IMG/VR virus record: IMGVR_UViG_3300027828_000336
Coordinates: 1 to 26,350 of that record
Source of the DNA: a virus
Taxonomy: Duplodnaviria; Caudoviricetes
DNA: 26,350 bases
Reading direction: 5' to 3' (one strand)
The notes under the pieces were generated by a model. The model was not told where the DNA came from and did not search any database. It saw only the letters and a list, made by a program, of their open reading frames with translations. Made by a program: the position numbers and the translations under genes. This document shows positions 13,348 through 22,694 of this stretch, in pieces; the first letter of the stretch is position 1; each line of letters starts with the position of its first letter.

Positions 13348-16328
13348 TACGCGGGCTCGATCTGGCCGCGACCCGCCATGAGAAGGGATCCGTTTATCAC
13401 GAGCGCTCCGCCTCCGTGCTTGATAACCAGGGGATAATTGTAAGGTCCGCTGTAGACACTATAAGTCGCGCTGAGCGTGAACCCGTCCGCGTTCACGGGA
13501 GCGGTATAGCTCGTGTTCGCGCTGAGCGAGATCGCCCCGTCGCTCTCGTCGCCTCCGATCCCGTTCGCGTTGCCGGAGGAGGTCGCGATCGGGGATCCGT
13601 TGTAGGTCCAGGTCCCCGCGAGGTCCCCGCCTGCCGCGACCATGTCGAGGGACCCCGCCGCGGCCGCTCCCGAGGTGTAGGCCTGGAACGACATACCGCC
13701 GCCGGAAGTCGCGCATTGCTCGAACCCGGACCCGTAGGGAGCTCCCGAGGTCGAGTCGAGGGCGGGGTCTCCGAAGAACTGACGCGAGACCCCCTCGGGG
13801 AAAAACTCCGTAGCAGCCTCGACCGTCCCCGCGAGACGTCCGCCGGTCGCGTAGTCCCCGGCGAGGATCGAGCGGAGCCCGTCCCCTGTGTTGAGCTCCC
13901 CGCGGACCGTCATAGATCCGGGAGCCTCCGAGACGCTGGTAGCGCCGAACCTCTTGGTCCCGCGGAACCCGTCGAGGGTCCCGGTCCCGGTCGCGATCCC
14001 GACCTGAGCGACCGCGACCGGCCCGCCCGTGATCGCGCTCCTGGTCGTCGAGTCGAGGAACCCGCCAGAGCCCGGGTCTACTTCTCCCTTTGCCCAAGGT
14101 TGTGCCTTGAGGACCATTCCGCCAGCGATCGAGAACCCGGAGAGAACCGCGGTCGTTTTCTGGAGGACCCCTCCCATGATTTCCAGGCGTCGAGCCGGGG
14201 AGTCCCCGATCCGAGCCTCCGCTCCCTTGAGTCGACCTTGCTCGTCGAGGACCCCGGTATCCGTGAAGTAGACGACCCGGTCCCCGTTGAGGCGGAGCGA
14301 CCCGTCGTCGTCGATCTCCCCCCGCTTGAGTCCCTTAGAGGCCGCGAGAGCCGCGTATCGAGCTCCCCGCTTCTGAGCTCCTCGGTCGCCTCCGCCTCCT
14401 CGACCAGCTCCGAGCCGACCGCCTGGGATTGCTCCCTTCCCGGTCCCCGCGGGCTGGAGGTCTCCAGCGCTCGCGACCCCGCCCAGGAGGTCGCCCAGGA
14501 CGACGTCGACCCACTCTCCGCCCGTGATCGGCCCGCCGCCGACCCCGCCGGTTTCGTTGTAGCCGGTCCCGTCCCCGTATCGAGGAGCCCAGCTCCCGTC
14601 CCGGTCGCGAGCTGGTCCGCTCGCGTTCCCGGGGAGAGCGTTCTCCCCGCCCCTGGCCGGGGTCGTGTGACACTCCTTCGGAGCCGCCGGTCCGAGCCAG
14701 ATAGGGAACGCGGGACCGCCAGGACCATAGGGACCGTAAGGGTAGGGACCCGGACCCCACTCGGGCTCCGAGCCTCCGCCTCCGCCTCCGGCGGGACCGC
14801 CTCCGGCTCCTCCCTTGCCCCCCTTGCCTCCCTTGCCTCCGAACCCGGGTATCCCAATGATCCCGCCGCCCGGGACGTGGATCCGCGGGACGTCGTCCTC
14901 CGCGGTCATAAATGGGACTTCCGCGACCCAGTCCCAGGCTCCGACGAGGGTCTCCCCGCACGGTCCCCGGTGCGACTTCCGCGGGTTCCATTTGAGGTGA
15001 ACCGGAGCCCGCTCGGAGAACCCGGTCGTCCGCTCCTGGTAGCCGTTCTCAAAGTCGAGCGGACCGTCTCCGGCTCCGCCGCGGAACAGGGCTCCCGTGG
15101 AAATGTGAGCCGCGTTGATCGGGTTCCCGTCCTCGGTCGTCCCGACGCGGTGAGGGTCCCGAGCCTCCCCGACGTCGAGGAACCCGCCCGCCTTCGCGGA
15201 GGTCAGGGCGTAGACGAGCTCCGCCTGGCCGAGGCCGACGGGTCGCTTGATCTGACGCGGGGTCGAGACCTGCCCGCCCCCGTTTCGAGTCTGGGTCGTC
15301 CCGGCGGTCCGCTTCGGGTCCCTCGTCTGGGTCCCTCCGAGGATCGTCACGCCCCCATAATTCGAGGTCGGAGCCTGGGTCCGTCCGGCCGCTATGTCGC
15401 GAGCTCGCTCCTCCTGTTGGGCGCGGAGCTGGTCGAGCGTGTAAATCCCTCCGTAGTTCGAGCCGCTCCCCGTGACCGGCGGGGTCGTCGAGCTCCTCGG
15501 GCTCGACTTCGCGGGGTCCTTCGCGACCGGCGAGACCGGAGCGACGAGAGCGGCCGACGGAGTGTCGACGACGAGGCCGCGGGTCGGCCCCTCCATTTTC
15601 CAGGCTAGAGCCTGGGTCGGAGCGTCTCCGTTGCAACGCGGACCGAGTCGAGCGACCCTCCAGAACTTGTGGAGCTTCGCGTTCCAGCGGTCGTCGTCCT
15701 CCCCGAGGGAGTTCGTGTCGAACACGGTCGACGAGAGCTCCTGGTCGGGTCCCCGGTGGACCGCTCGGAGCGTCCCGGGATTCAGAGGGAAGAACAGGAG
15801 CTCCTGACTCCGCTCCTCGGTCCCCGCCAGGAGGACCCCGGGAGATCCCTTCGGGAGGTCGGGAGCGTCGGGGTGGATCGAGGCTTGGAGGTCTCGGGAA
15901 TAGCGGTCGTCCTCGTCCCACTTCTCGTTTCGGATCAGGCGCAGCTTCGCGACGCGAGGTCCAGGCGCGGCCGCGGCCGCCCGAGTCTGGGTCGTCTGGC
16001 GGAACGCTCGGGAGAACGTCGCGTTCGGTTTCGGTGCGGGTCGCTTGGAGGCCTCGGAGAGGACGACCGCTCCCGCGAAGAACCAGGAGCCGACCTTCCG
16101 GCCCCCTCCCTTTTCGTGCGGGACGTGGAGGCCTCCCTGGAGGTCTCCGATCGTCCTGGTCGTCGAGGTCGAGTCTCCGTGCCCCTCGACCTCGTAGGCT
16201 CCGGTCTTTTTGCGCCCGACGATCCGCGACGCGAACACGGCCGCCCGGAGGTGAGGGTCGACGTCCTGTCGGTGATCCTGGAGCGGGAGGTCTCCTCCGA
16301 GGGCGGAGCGGTCGAGGATCCGGCTCAT
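13347..16328 (-). CDS. Large virion/tail protein (993 aa) with Gly/Pro low-complexity regions
   Basis: Position, size, GGK/GPY repeats; C-terminus begins a Gly-rich fibre-type domain (GGDESDGAISLSANT...). Confidence 0.7.
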   Translation of the reverse strand: MSRILDRSALGGDLPLQDHRQDVDPHLRAAVFASRIVGRKKTGAYEVEGHGDSTSTTRTIGDLQGGLHVPHEKGGGRKVGSWFFAGAVVLSEASKRPAPKPNATFSRAFRQTTQTRAAAAAPGPRVAKLRLIRNEKWDEDDRYSRDLQASIHPDAPDLPKGSPGVLLAGTEERSQELLFFPLNPGTLRAVHRGPDQELSSTVFDTNSLGEDDDRWNAKLHKFWRVARLGPRCNGDAPTQALAWKMEGPTRGLVVDTPSAALVAPVSPVAKDPAKSSPRSSTTPPVTGSGSNYGGIYTLDQLRAQQEERARDIAAGRTQAPTSNYGGVTILGGTQTRDPKRTAGTTQTRNGGGQVSTPRQIKRPVGLGQAELVYALTSAKAGGFLDVGEARDPHRVGTTEDGNPINAAHISTGALFRGGAGDGPLDFENGYQERTTGFSERAPVHLKWNPRKSHRGPCGETLVGAWDWVAEVPFMTAEDDVPRIHVPGGGIIGIPGFGGKGGKGGKGGAGGGPAGGGGGGSEPEWGPGPYPYGPYGPGGPAFPIWLGPAAPKECHTTPARGGENALPGNASGPARDRDGSWAPRYGDGTGYNETGGVGGGPITGGEWVDVVLGDLLGGVASAGDLQPAGTGKGAIPGGRLGAGRGGGGDRGAQKRGARYAALAASKGLKRGEIDDDGSLRLNGDRVVYFTDTGVLDEQGRLKGAEARIGDSPARRLEIMGGVLQKTTAVLSGFSIAGGMVLKAQPWAKGEVDPGSGGFLDSTTRSAITGGPVAVAQVGIATGTGTLDGFRGTKRFGATSVSEAPGSMTVRGELNTGDGLRSILAGDYATGGRLAGTVEAATEFFPEGVSRQFFGDPALDSTSGAPYGSGFEQCATSGGGMSFQAYTSGAAAAGSLDMVAAGGDLAGTWTYNGSPIATSSGNANGIGGDESDGAISLSANTSYTAPVNADGFTLSATYSVYSGPYNYPLVIKHGGGALVINGSLLMAGRGQIEPA

Positions 16329-18472
16329 GGGTTATTGAACCTTCCGAGGAGTCGGTGAACCGAGGTCGGGAGGAAGGGCTCCTCCGAGACGACCGGCGGT
16401 TTCGGCGGGAGGTCGATCATAGTCCGAGGACCGTCCGGCCCGAAGGAGTGAGAGACGGACTTCGCGGTCCCGCGAGGCTCCAGCCCGGGAGCGAACCCGG
16501 TCAGGAGTCCCCCCTCGACGTGATCCTCGAACGAAACATAGACCCGAGCCGCGGTCGCCTTCGCGATCGCGGTCAGCACCGTCTTATTGATCGGGTCCCC
16601 GTAGGCCTCCCCTACAGTCTGCGCGGCCTCCCCTCCCTCCCCAAACGCGGCGTAGATCGCGGCCGCCTTGGAGTCGTCCCAAGCGAACCGAGCGAGCTCG
16701 CGCGACGCGTCGACCAGGACGTCGAGGACCGGCCCCTCCGCCTTCGTCGCGGCGGAGGTCGGGAGGAGCTCGCGGACGTCGGAGAGCTTGACCTCGATCG
16801 GGTAGAGCTGCCTCTCGTCGTTCGGGGTCGCGGGCTGAACCGTGACGATCGTCGAGAGCTCGTGAGTCGGGGAGAGGTGCCCCTCTTGGAGGTAGCAATG
16901 TTTCTGGGAGGGATCCGCGGTCGGGATCCGCCCCTTCACTAGGGCGGAGTGAACGTATCGGGAGGCGGTCCCCGTGAAGTCGAACACGAAGTCGACCGAG
17001 AAGATCCCCAGCTCCTCGTCGACGATCGAGAGCTGAGCCGGAGCGGCTCGGAGCGAGTCGATCGAGGTCCCGACGATCGAGCCTCCCGCGGCCGCGGCGG
17101 GGTTCGAGTAGCGGTTCCTAACGATCTCGTGATTCTCGGGGAGGTCGAGCGCGGTTTTCGACTGGACTCCGCGCCAGGTCGCCCATTCCGCGTAGTCCTG
17201 GTAAACGAGCGAGGCTCCCTGGGTCCCGGTCTCCTGGTCCTCGATCGAGACGCGGTAGGCCCGGAGAGCTCGGATCCGATCGTTCCAGGGCTTCGTGATC
17301 CGGTAGGTCCGGCGGAGGTGTTCGCGGATCGCGGCCGCCCGAGCGGCCCAGACCCCGGTCCCGTCGACGAAGGAATAGACCTCGGGGAGCCCGTGGAGGA
17401 ACCCTTTTAGGATCGAGTCGAGCGTGAGCGGAGGGAGTCCCGCGATCGTCTTGGTCGAGAGGAACTCCAGGAACTCGGGGAGCGTCCCCCAGGTCGACTC
17501 CGTGATCGTCCGGCCGCCGACCGTGACGTCCTCGGGGTAGCGGAGGGCGGAGCTCGCGCGGAGCGGAGTCCCCGAGCTCGTCGAGCCCGAGTTCGTCCCG
17601 CCCTCGACATGGTCGCAGCGGAGCTCCGCGGCCGGGACGAAATGGACCCGGACCGCGGACGGTCGCTCCATTCTCCGATCCTGGATCTCCCAGAGCGGCC
17701 CGCCGACGATCTGAGGGCGTCCGGCGCTATCGGTCCTGGCTCGCGTTTTCTTGTCGCCCGAGCTCGGGAGCCCGATCAGCTCCCGCTCGTCCCCGGAGAG
17801 CCGGTCGTACAGGACGACCTGACCCGACGGCCGGACGAACAGGCCGATCCGACCTCCGCCGACCTGGGTCAGAACTTGAGCGATCGCGACCCCGGGGAGC
17901 GCGGAGAGTTCGAGGTTCTGGACGTCGGGGAGCTTGCCAGCTCGACCGGAGAGGACCCCGTCCCGGTCGGTCCACTCCCCCGGGACGACGAGGTCCAGGA
18001 CGTCGCGGACGATCTCCGCGGGTTTCCAGGTTCGGACCGTCCCGTCCTCGTTTCCCTTGAGCGACCAAGGGAAGTAGGCCCGAGCCTCGACGAGCGGTCG
18101 GACCGCGAGGGGTTGCCCGTCCTCCCCGAGTCGCCGGACCTGGCCGGATTTCCGCGTGACGTTGTAGCTCCGGCGGACGAGCGGGGAGTAGGCCCAGGTC
18201 CAGCGACGATCCGCGAGGACGACCTCCCGTTGGTAGGGAGTCGGACCGGGACCCGTCCCAAGGATCGTGAGCTTCTTATAGGTCTCGGAGTCGGATCCGT
18301 TCGTGAGCTCCAGGCTCGACCCGTGTCGCTTCGCGACGTCGAACAGAGCCTCCGCGGAGGTCGCCTCCATGATCAGGGTCGCTTCGTAGCCGTCGACCCC
18401 GTCGATCAGAGGCCAGGTCGTCCCGGCCGCGACCGGGAGGAGGACCCCGTCCAGCTTCGCGTAGAGAGCCAC
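16325..18472 (-). CDS. Putative tail tip / baseplate hub protein (715 aa)
   Basis: Position; VVLADRRWTW...AEIVRDVL...GLFVRPSGQVVL resembles hub-type organisation (inference). Confidence 0.55.
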   Translation of the reverse strand: MALYAKLDGVLLPVAAGTTWPLIDGVDGYEATLIMEATSAEALFDVAKRHGSSLELTNGSDSETYKKLTILGTGPGPTPYQREVVLADRRWTWAYSPLVRRSYNVTRKSGQVRRLGEDGQPLAVRPLVEARAYFPWSLKGNEDGTVRTWKPAEIVRDVLDLVVPGEWTDRDGVLSGRAGKLPDVQNLELSALPGVAIAQVLTQVGGGRIGLFVRPSGQVVLYDRLSGDERELIGLPSSGDKKTRARTDSAGRPQIVGGPLWEIQDRRMERPSAVRVHFVPAAELRCDHVEGGTNSGSTSSGTPLRASSALRYPEDVTVGGRTITESTWGTLPEFLEFLSTKTIAGLPPLTLDSILKGFLHGLPEVYSFVDGTGVWAARAAAIREHLRRTYRITKPWNDRIRALRAYRVSIEDQETGTQGASLVYQDYAEWATWRGVQSKTALDLPENHEIVRNRYSNPAAAAGGSIVGTSIDSLRAAPAQLSIVDEELGIFSVDFVFDFTGTASRYVHSALVKGRIPTADPSQKHCYLQEGHLSPTHELSTIVTVQPATPNDERQLYPIEVKLSDVRELLPTSAATKAEGPVLDVLVDASRELARFAWDDSKAAAIYAAFGEGGEAAQTVGEAYGDPINKTVLTAIAKATAARVYVSFEDHVEGGLLTGFAPGLEPRGTAKSVSHSFGPDGPRTMIDLPPKPPVVSEEPFLPTSVHRLLGRFNNP

Positions 18473-18475
18473 GAC

Positions 18476-20071
18476 CTACGGCCTCGTCCTGGTCGAGCTC
18501 GGGGAGGGCTGAGCTCCTCCGCTTCCGGCTCCCGCTCCCTTGACGTATCGCGTGACCCGGGTCGTCGTCCGCTCCTCGACCTCGAACTGGTCGGGGAAGA
18601 TCCCTCGAACCCCGGGCTTGCTCGCGTGCTGAGTCGAGACCTTGAACCCGTAGACGACCCCAGCCGCTCCGGCTCCGCTCGCTCCAGCTCCGCCAGCTCC
18701 TCCGCCTCCGCCTCCGCCAGCTCCGCGCCAAAGTCCGCCCGCCTGAGCGGGACCCGCGGCCTCCGGCCCGAGGAACGAGAGGAACGACTCTCCGGGCTTG
18801 GAGATCGCACCGACCCCGAACAGGTTCGCGAACGGGTTGTTCGCGGCCGGTTGGACCCCGAGTCCCGCGACGACCCCGGCGGGTCGGAGCGACTTCGCGG
18901 CTCCGATCTGGACCCGGCGGAGAGTCTCCGTGAACGTGACCTGTTTCGGTCCAGGCCAGACGTAGTGAGCGCTTGGGTCCTCGGAGTCGATCGTCGAGGC
19001 GGGATCCCAGACCGGAGCCTCGATCGCACCGTGTTGGACGTCGAGGACCTCGGTCCGCTCCAGCTCGATCAGGTTTCCGCCCGAGCTCGTGAGCGCGACG
19101 ATCGTCGCGGTTAGCCGGTTGTCGGTCCGGTCCAGCTCGGGCTCGTCCGTGACGATCGCGAAGAACGAACCCGGCGCGGAGAGTCGCATGTTCGCGACGA
19201 TCCAGGGTCGGACGGAGCTCTCGTAGAGCGAGAGGAGGTCGGTCGTTTCGTTGTGGCAGACCTCCGCCTCGTAGGTCCCGACCATAGTCGCGAGCCGACG
19301 GACGGAGCTCGACCCGGTCGCTCCCTCTTTCGAGCGGCGGATCTTGAGCGTGACGCGGCGGAGCCGGTCGTCGTTCTGGGTCGAGGCGGAGTCCGCGAAG
19401 ATCCGCTCCTCCCATTCCTGCTCCGCGTCCGCGGTGAGGTTGTTCGTCGAGACGTTGAGAATGTCCGAGCGGACAAGTTTCCAGGCGTCCGTCCCCCCGA
19501 GCGTCGCGATTAGAGCGCTCGACTTCGCGGTGATTCGGATCAGCGCTTGATCGCTCGCGGAGTAGAGAGCGACTCCCGTGTAGCTCCCGCGGACGACGAG
19601 TCGCCTCCGGCAGTTCGCGTCCGCGGTGAGGTCCCAGCTCTCCTCCCGGAGGCCGTCGTTCGCGTAGGGCGGGAGGCCTCCCGAAATCGTCACGTCATAG
19701 CGCCGCGAGAATTGCGTATCGAGGAGCTCGTCCCCGGACTTTTCGACCGCGGCCTCGATCTCCAGGCCGGAGCGGTCGGAGTGACGGAGGAGGAGGAGGG
19801 TCTGGTCGATCACGACCGAGTCGGGGTCGACCCGCTGGATCAGGAGGGTCTGTCCCAGATAGGAATAGCCCCCCTCGACGGTTCCGACCGCGGCCGCGAG
19901 GTCCGCGGGGTCCTCGGTCGGACACGTCAGGAGGACGGAGAACCGGACCTCGAACGACTCCCGGTCCTTTCGGATCCGGTGGACCTCGATCAGGTCGAGC
20001 GTGCAGTTATTGACCGTCGACCCCGTCGCGAGGGTTCCATAGGTGATCTTGAGGAAGCGGGGAACGCTCAC
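18476..20071 (-). CDS. Putative distal tail / structural protein (531 aa)
   Basis: Beta-rich composition; follows tape-measure-like genes; GTGA overlap. Confidence 0.55.
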   Translation of the reverse strand: MSVPRFLKITYGTLATGSTVNNCTLDLIEVHRIRKDRESFEVRFSVLLTCPTEDPADLAAAVGTVEGGYSYLGQTLLIQRVDPDSVVIDQTLLLLRHSDRSGLEIEAAVEKSGDELLDTQFSRRYDVTISGGLPPYANDGLREESWDLTADANCRRRLVVRGSYTGVALYSASDQALIRITAKSSALIATLGGTDAWKLVRSDILNVSTNNLTADAEQEWEERIFADSASTQNDDRLRRVTLKIRRSKEGATGSSSVRRLATMVGTYEAEVCHNETTDLLSLYESSVRPWIVANMRLSAPGSFFAIVTDEPELDRTDNRLTATIVALTSSGGNLIELERTEVLDVQHGAIEAPVWDPASTIDSEDPSAHYVWPGPKQVTFTETLRRVQIGAAKSLRPAGVVAGLGVQPAANNPFANLFGVGAISKPGESFLSFLGPEAAGPAQAGGLWRGAGGGGGGGAGGAGASGAGAAGVVYGFKVSTQHASKPGVRGIFPDQFEVEERTTTRVTRYVKGAGAGSGGAQPSPSSTRTRP

Positions 20072-20658
20072 AGTTTCCGACCCATTCGCAAGAGTATGTC
20101 GCCCGCGGCCGAACCGTAGGCCAGGAGTCCGCGGGCTTGTTTCCGCTTCGCGAGCTGAGCGTCCCGGCGAGCGCGAGCCGCCCCGAGCTCCGCGACGTTC
20201 GCGAGGACCTCGGGCGGGAGGCCGACCCCGGACTGAGCGAAGGGATCCGCGGTCGCGACGATCGCGGACGCGGCTCCCTGAATCTGCTGAATCGCGGACG
20301 TGATCGCGGTCGCCTTCTCGGAGAGTCGCTGGAGGCCTTGCCCGATCTCACCGAACCCGTACTCCTCCAGCTTTTGCCCGAGAGCCGAGACGACGACCTC
20401 CGCGACCTTGACCGCGATCACGGTCGCAGCGACGGCCGCGAACGCTTTCCCGGCGGTCGCTCCGAGGCCGCCTCCGCCAGCTCCTCCAGCTCCAGGAGCT
20501 CGACGAGCTCGACGGACCGCGGGACCGCTCCCTTTCTTGGTCGCCTTGTCGAGCCGCTCCGCCTCGTCGGCCGCCTCGTCGAGGGACTCGTCGAGCTCCG
20601 CGAGCTTCCGCTCCGCCTCCTCGGTCCCGAGGACGACCTTGATCTCCGTTTCACTCAT
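20068..20658 (-). CDS. Short tape-measure-like protein (196 aa)
   Basis: EIKVVL start, coiled coil, Gly linker, Ala-rich hydrophobic/amphipathic helices; position. Confidence 0.5.
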   Translation of the reverse strand: MSETEIKVVLGTEEAERKLAELDESLDEAADEAERLDKATKKGSGPAVRRARRAPGAGGAGGGGLGATAGKAFAAVAATVIAVKVAEVVVSALGQKLEEYGFGEIGQGLQRLSEKATAITSAIQQIQGAASAIVATADPFAQSGVGLPPEVLANVAELGAARARRDAQLAKRKQARGLLAYGSAAGDILLRMGRKL

Positions 20659-20987
20659 ACCGGCAGGCTCCAGCGCTCCGCGAGCTCGCGGAGTCGAGCG
20701 ACCGCCTTCGCGACGTCGTCGAGCCCGGAGTCCTCCAGGAACTTATCGACCGCCTCGACGACGACCTCCCCGACCAGGGTAGCGACCAGGCCGACGACGA
20801 GAACCCCGACGATCGCTCCCTGAGCTCCTCCCGAGCTCCCTACGGTCCGCGTCCGCGGATTGCGACTCGTTCGACGGAGCTCCTCCGCCTCCGCTCTGGA
20901 GGCGCGAGAGCGAGCCTCCGCGTCGTCGATTGCCTTACGCGCCGCGGCCTCGTCGAGGACGACGTCGATCGCGACCTCCCCGCTCAC
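20655..20987 (-). CDS. 110-aa probable paralogue of 20068..20658 with hydrophobic helix
   Basis: Collinear similarity by eye (see findings). Confidence 0.6.
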   Translation of the reverse strand: MSGEVAIDVVLDEAAARKAIDDAEARSRASRAEAEELRRTSRNPRTRTVGSSGGAQGAIVGVLVVGLVATLVGEVVVEAVDKFLEDSGLDDVAKAVARLRELAERWSLPV

Positions 20988-21781
20988 GCGAGGACGACCG
21001 TCGCGGTCGAGGAGGTCGAGTAGCGATCAGGGCTCCCCGAGCCGGTCTCGTCGTAGCCGACGAACAGGGCATAGCTCCAGGTTCCCGCTCCGCCTGGAGC
21101 GTGAGAGAGCGACTCCGCCGCGGCCCCGACCGTGACCCCGGTCCCGTCCGTGACGGAGCTCGGAGCGGTCGAGCCGCTCGCGACCCGGAGGACGAGGTCG
21201 GAGCGGTCGAACCGATCCGCCGGGTTTTCCCAGGTCAGGTCCGCGGTCTGGGATCCCGCGTCCGTCCCCGCCAGCTTCCGAGCCGCGGGGTAGGTCCTCG
21301 ACTCCGTGAGCCAGGCGGAGAACGTGTAGACCCGAAACACGAGGTAGCCGAACCCGTCGACCTCCCCCGCCGCGGCGGAGGTCGCATGGTCGAACCGGAG
21401 GCCGATCCCCTCGACGCGGGCGAGAGCTCCTAGCGTGCTCTTTAGCTCCTCCTCGATCTCCAGGAGCCCGCGGCCGTCGGAGCCTCCCTGACCGCTGGAG
21501 CGGCTCCCTCCGACGAGAGCGACCTCCCCGGTCCGGTCACCGTAGACCCGCTGGGTCAGCTCGACCTCGACCTGGAGCTGGACGAGACCGGGCTCCTCCT
21601 CGTCGGGAGCCTCCCCGAGCGGCCGGACCCGGCATAGCGGGAACTGGACCGAGGGTCGCGAGTCCGAAGCGAACCCCGCGGAGAGCGCGACCTGACCGAA
21701 CACGAGCTCCGAGGGAGAGTCGCTCCAGGCCGCGGCCTCTAGGGTTGCCTTGAGTTGTCGGAGGAGTTGCCACGAGTTCAC
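20984..21781 (-). CDS. Putative tail terminator-like protein with C-terminal FN3/Ig-like domain
   Basis: LLRQLKATLEAA...FPLCRV...VEVELT N-domain; ADLTWENP...LVLRV...WSYALF C-domain. Confidence 0.5.
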   Translation of the reverse strand: MNSWQLLRQLKATLEAAAWSDSPSELVFGQVALSAGFASDSRPSVQFPLCRVRPLGEAPDEEEPGLVQLQVEVELTQRVYGDRTGEVALVGGSRSSGQGGSDGRGLLEIEEELKSTLGALARVEGIGLRFDHATSAAAGEVDGFGYLVFRVYTFSAWLTESRTYPAARKLAGTDAGSQTADLTWENPADRFDRSDLVLRVASGSTAPSSVTDGTGVTVGAAAESLSHAPGGAGTWSYALFVGYDETGSGSPDRYSTSSTATVVLA

Positions 21782-22119
21782 TAGAGCGCCTCCTGGAGCT
21801 GGTCCGTGAACGTCTCCAGCTCACGTTCGAGGAGCGAGGCTCCCCCGTCGAGCTCCGCCGCGACCTCCTCCGCCTGACCGGAGATCGCGGCCGCGAGGTC
21901 GAGGACCTCCCGGACGCGGACGCGGTCGGCCGCCTGAGCGAACGCGAGCCGCTCGCGGACGGAGAACGCCCCGAGCTCCGCGAGCGTCGGAGCGACGTTC
22001 GACCTGTGCAGGACCTCGGACCCCTCGACGAGGAGCCGCCAGAACCCCGCGCGGATCTCCTCCGCCTCGGGCCAGGTCTCCTCAAGAGGGACCCCGAGGA
22101 TCGTCGCGAGCCGCGTCAC
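21781..22119 (-). CDS. Hypothetical protein, possible tail assembly chaperone
   Basis: Small acidic helical protein after the putative tube gene. Confidence 0.55.
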   Translation of the reverse strand: MTRLATILGVPLEETWPEAEEIRAGFWRLLVEGSEVLHRSNVAPTLAELGAFSVRERLAFAQAADRVRVREVLDLAAAISGQAEEVAAELDGGASLLERELETFTDQLQEAL

Positions 22120-22694
22120 GGAGTCAGCTCGACGAGGTCCTCCAGGAGCCCGACCTGGACCGCTCCGCCCGCGGTCGTGACCGCTCGCGTCGCGACGAAC
22201 CCGGCGAGGATCACTCGCTCCTTCGTCCTGTGGAGAACGAGCTCGCGCTCCCCCTCCAGCATTGGCAGGGCTTGAGGGAAGTAGACCGCGGGGTGACGTG
22301 GGTCGAGCGGGGAGAACAGGAGGCCGATCGAGCGCGAGACGGAGCGGAGAACTCCCTCCCCTCGGGCTCCGGGGTGCAGGATCACGGGCTCCCCCGAGCT
22401 CGACCCGGTGATCGTGTTTTTGAACACGACCCCGAGCGCGGCCGCGTCGCTTCCGCGGAGAGCGCAGGAGAAAACCCAGCGCTCCCCCGCCTCGACGAGG
22501 TCGACGATCTCCGTCGAGACCCCGAAGTCCTCGACGCGGACTGGAGCGACCGTCTCCGAGTGACGGACGGTCGAGGCGAGGACCATTCCGAGAGCGGTCC
22601 CCGAGTGAGGGAACGCGGCGGAGAAGTCGAGCGAGCTCCCGTAGCAGAGCCGACCCGGAACCTTTAGAGCGGTCTTGACGTCGATCAGTCCCAT
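22116..22694 (-). CDS. Putative tail tube (major tail) protein
   Basis: 192 aa; PGRLCYG...ALG start and VYFPQA...L motif reminiscent of siphovirus tube proteins; position. Confidence 0.5.
   Translation of the reverse strand: MGLIDVKTALKVPGRLCYGSSLDFSAAFPHSGTALGMVLASTVRHSETVAPVRVEDFGVSTEIVDLVEAGERWVFSCALRGSDAAALGVVFKNTITGSSSGEPVILHPGARGEGVLRSVSRSIGLLFSPLDPRHPAVYFPQALPMLEGERELVLHRTKERVILAGFVATRAVTTAGGAVQVGLLEDLVELTP

Noticed and set aside
13416-15608. Long plus-strand ORFs (also 17609..19114, 24530..25732, 22710..23657 and others)
   Set aside because: Antisense shadows of minus-strand genes in GC-rich DNA; no motifs, SD or operon logic
21781-22119. Lambda G/GT-type tail chaperone frameshift
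   Set aside because: No slippery heptamer seen near the 3' end; the next gene has its own start
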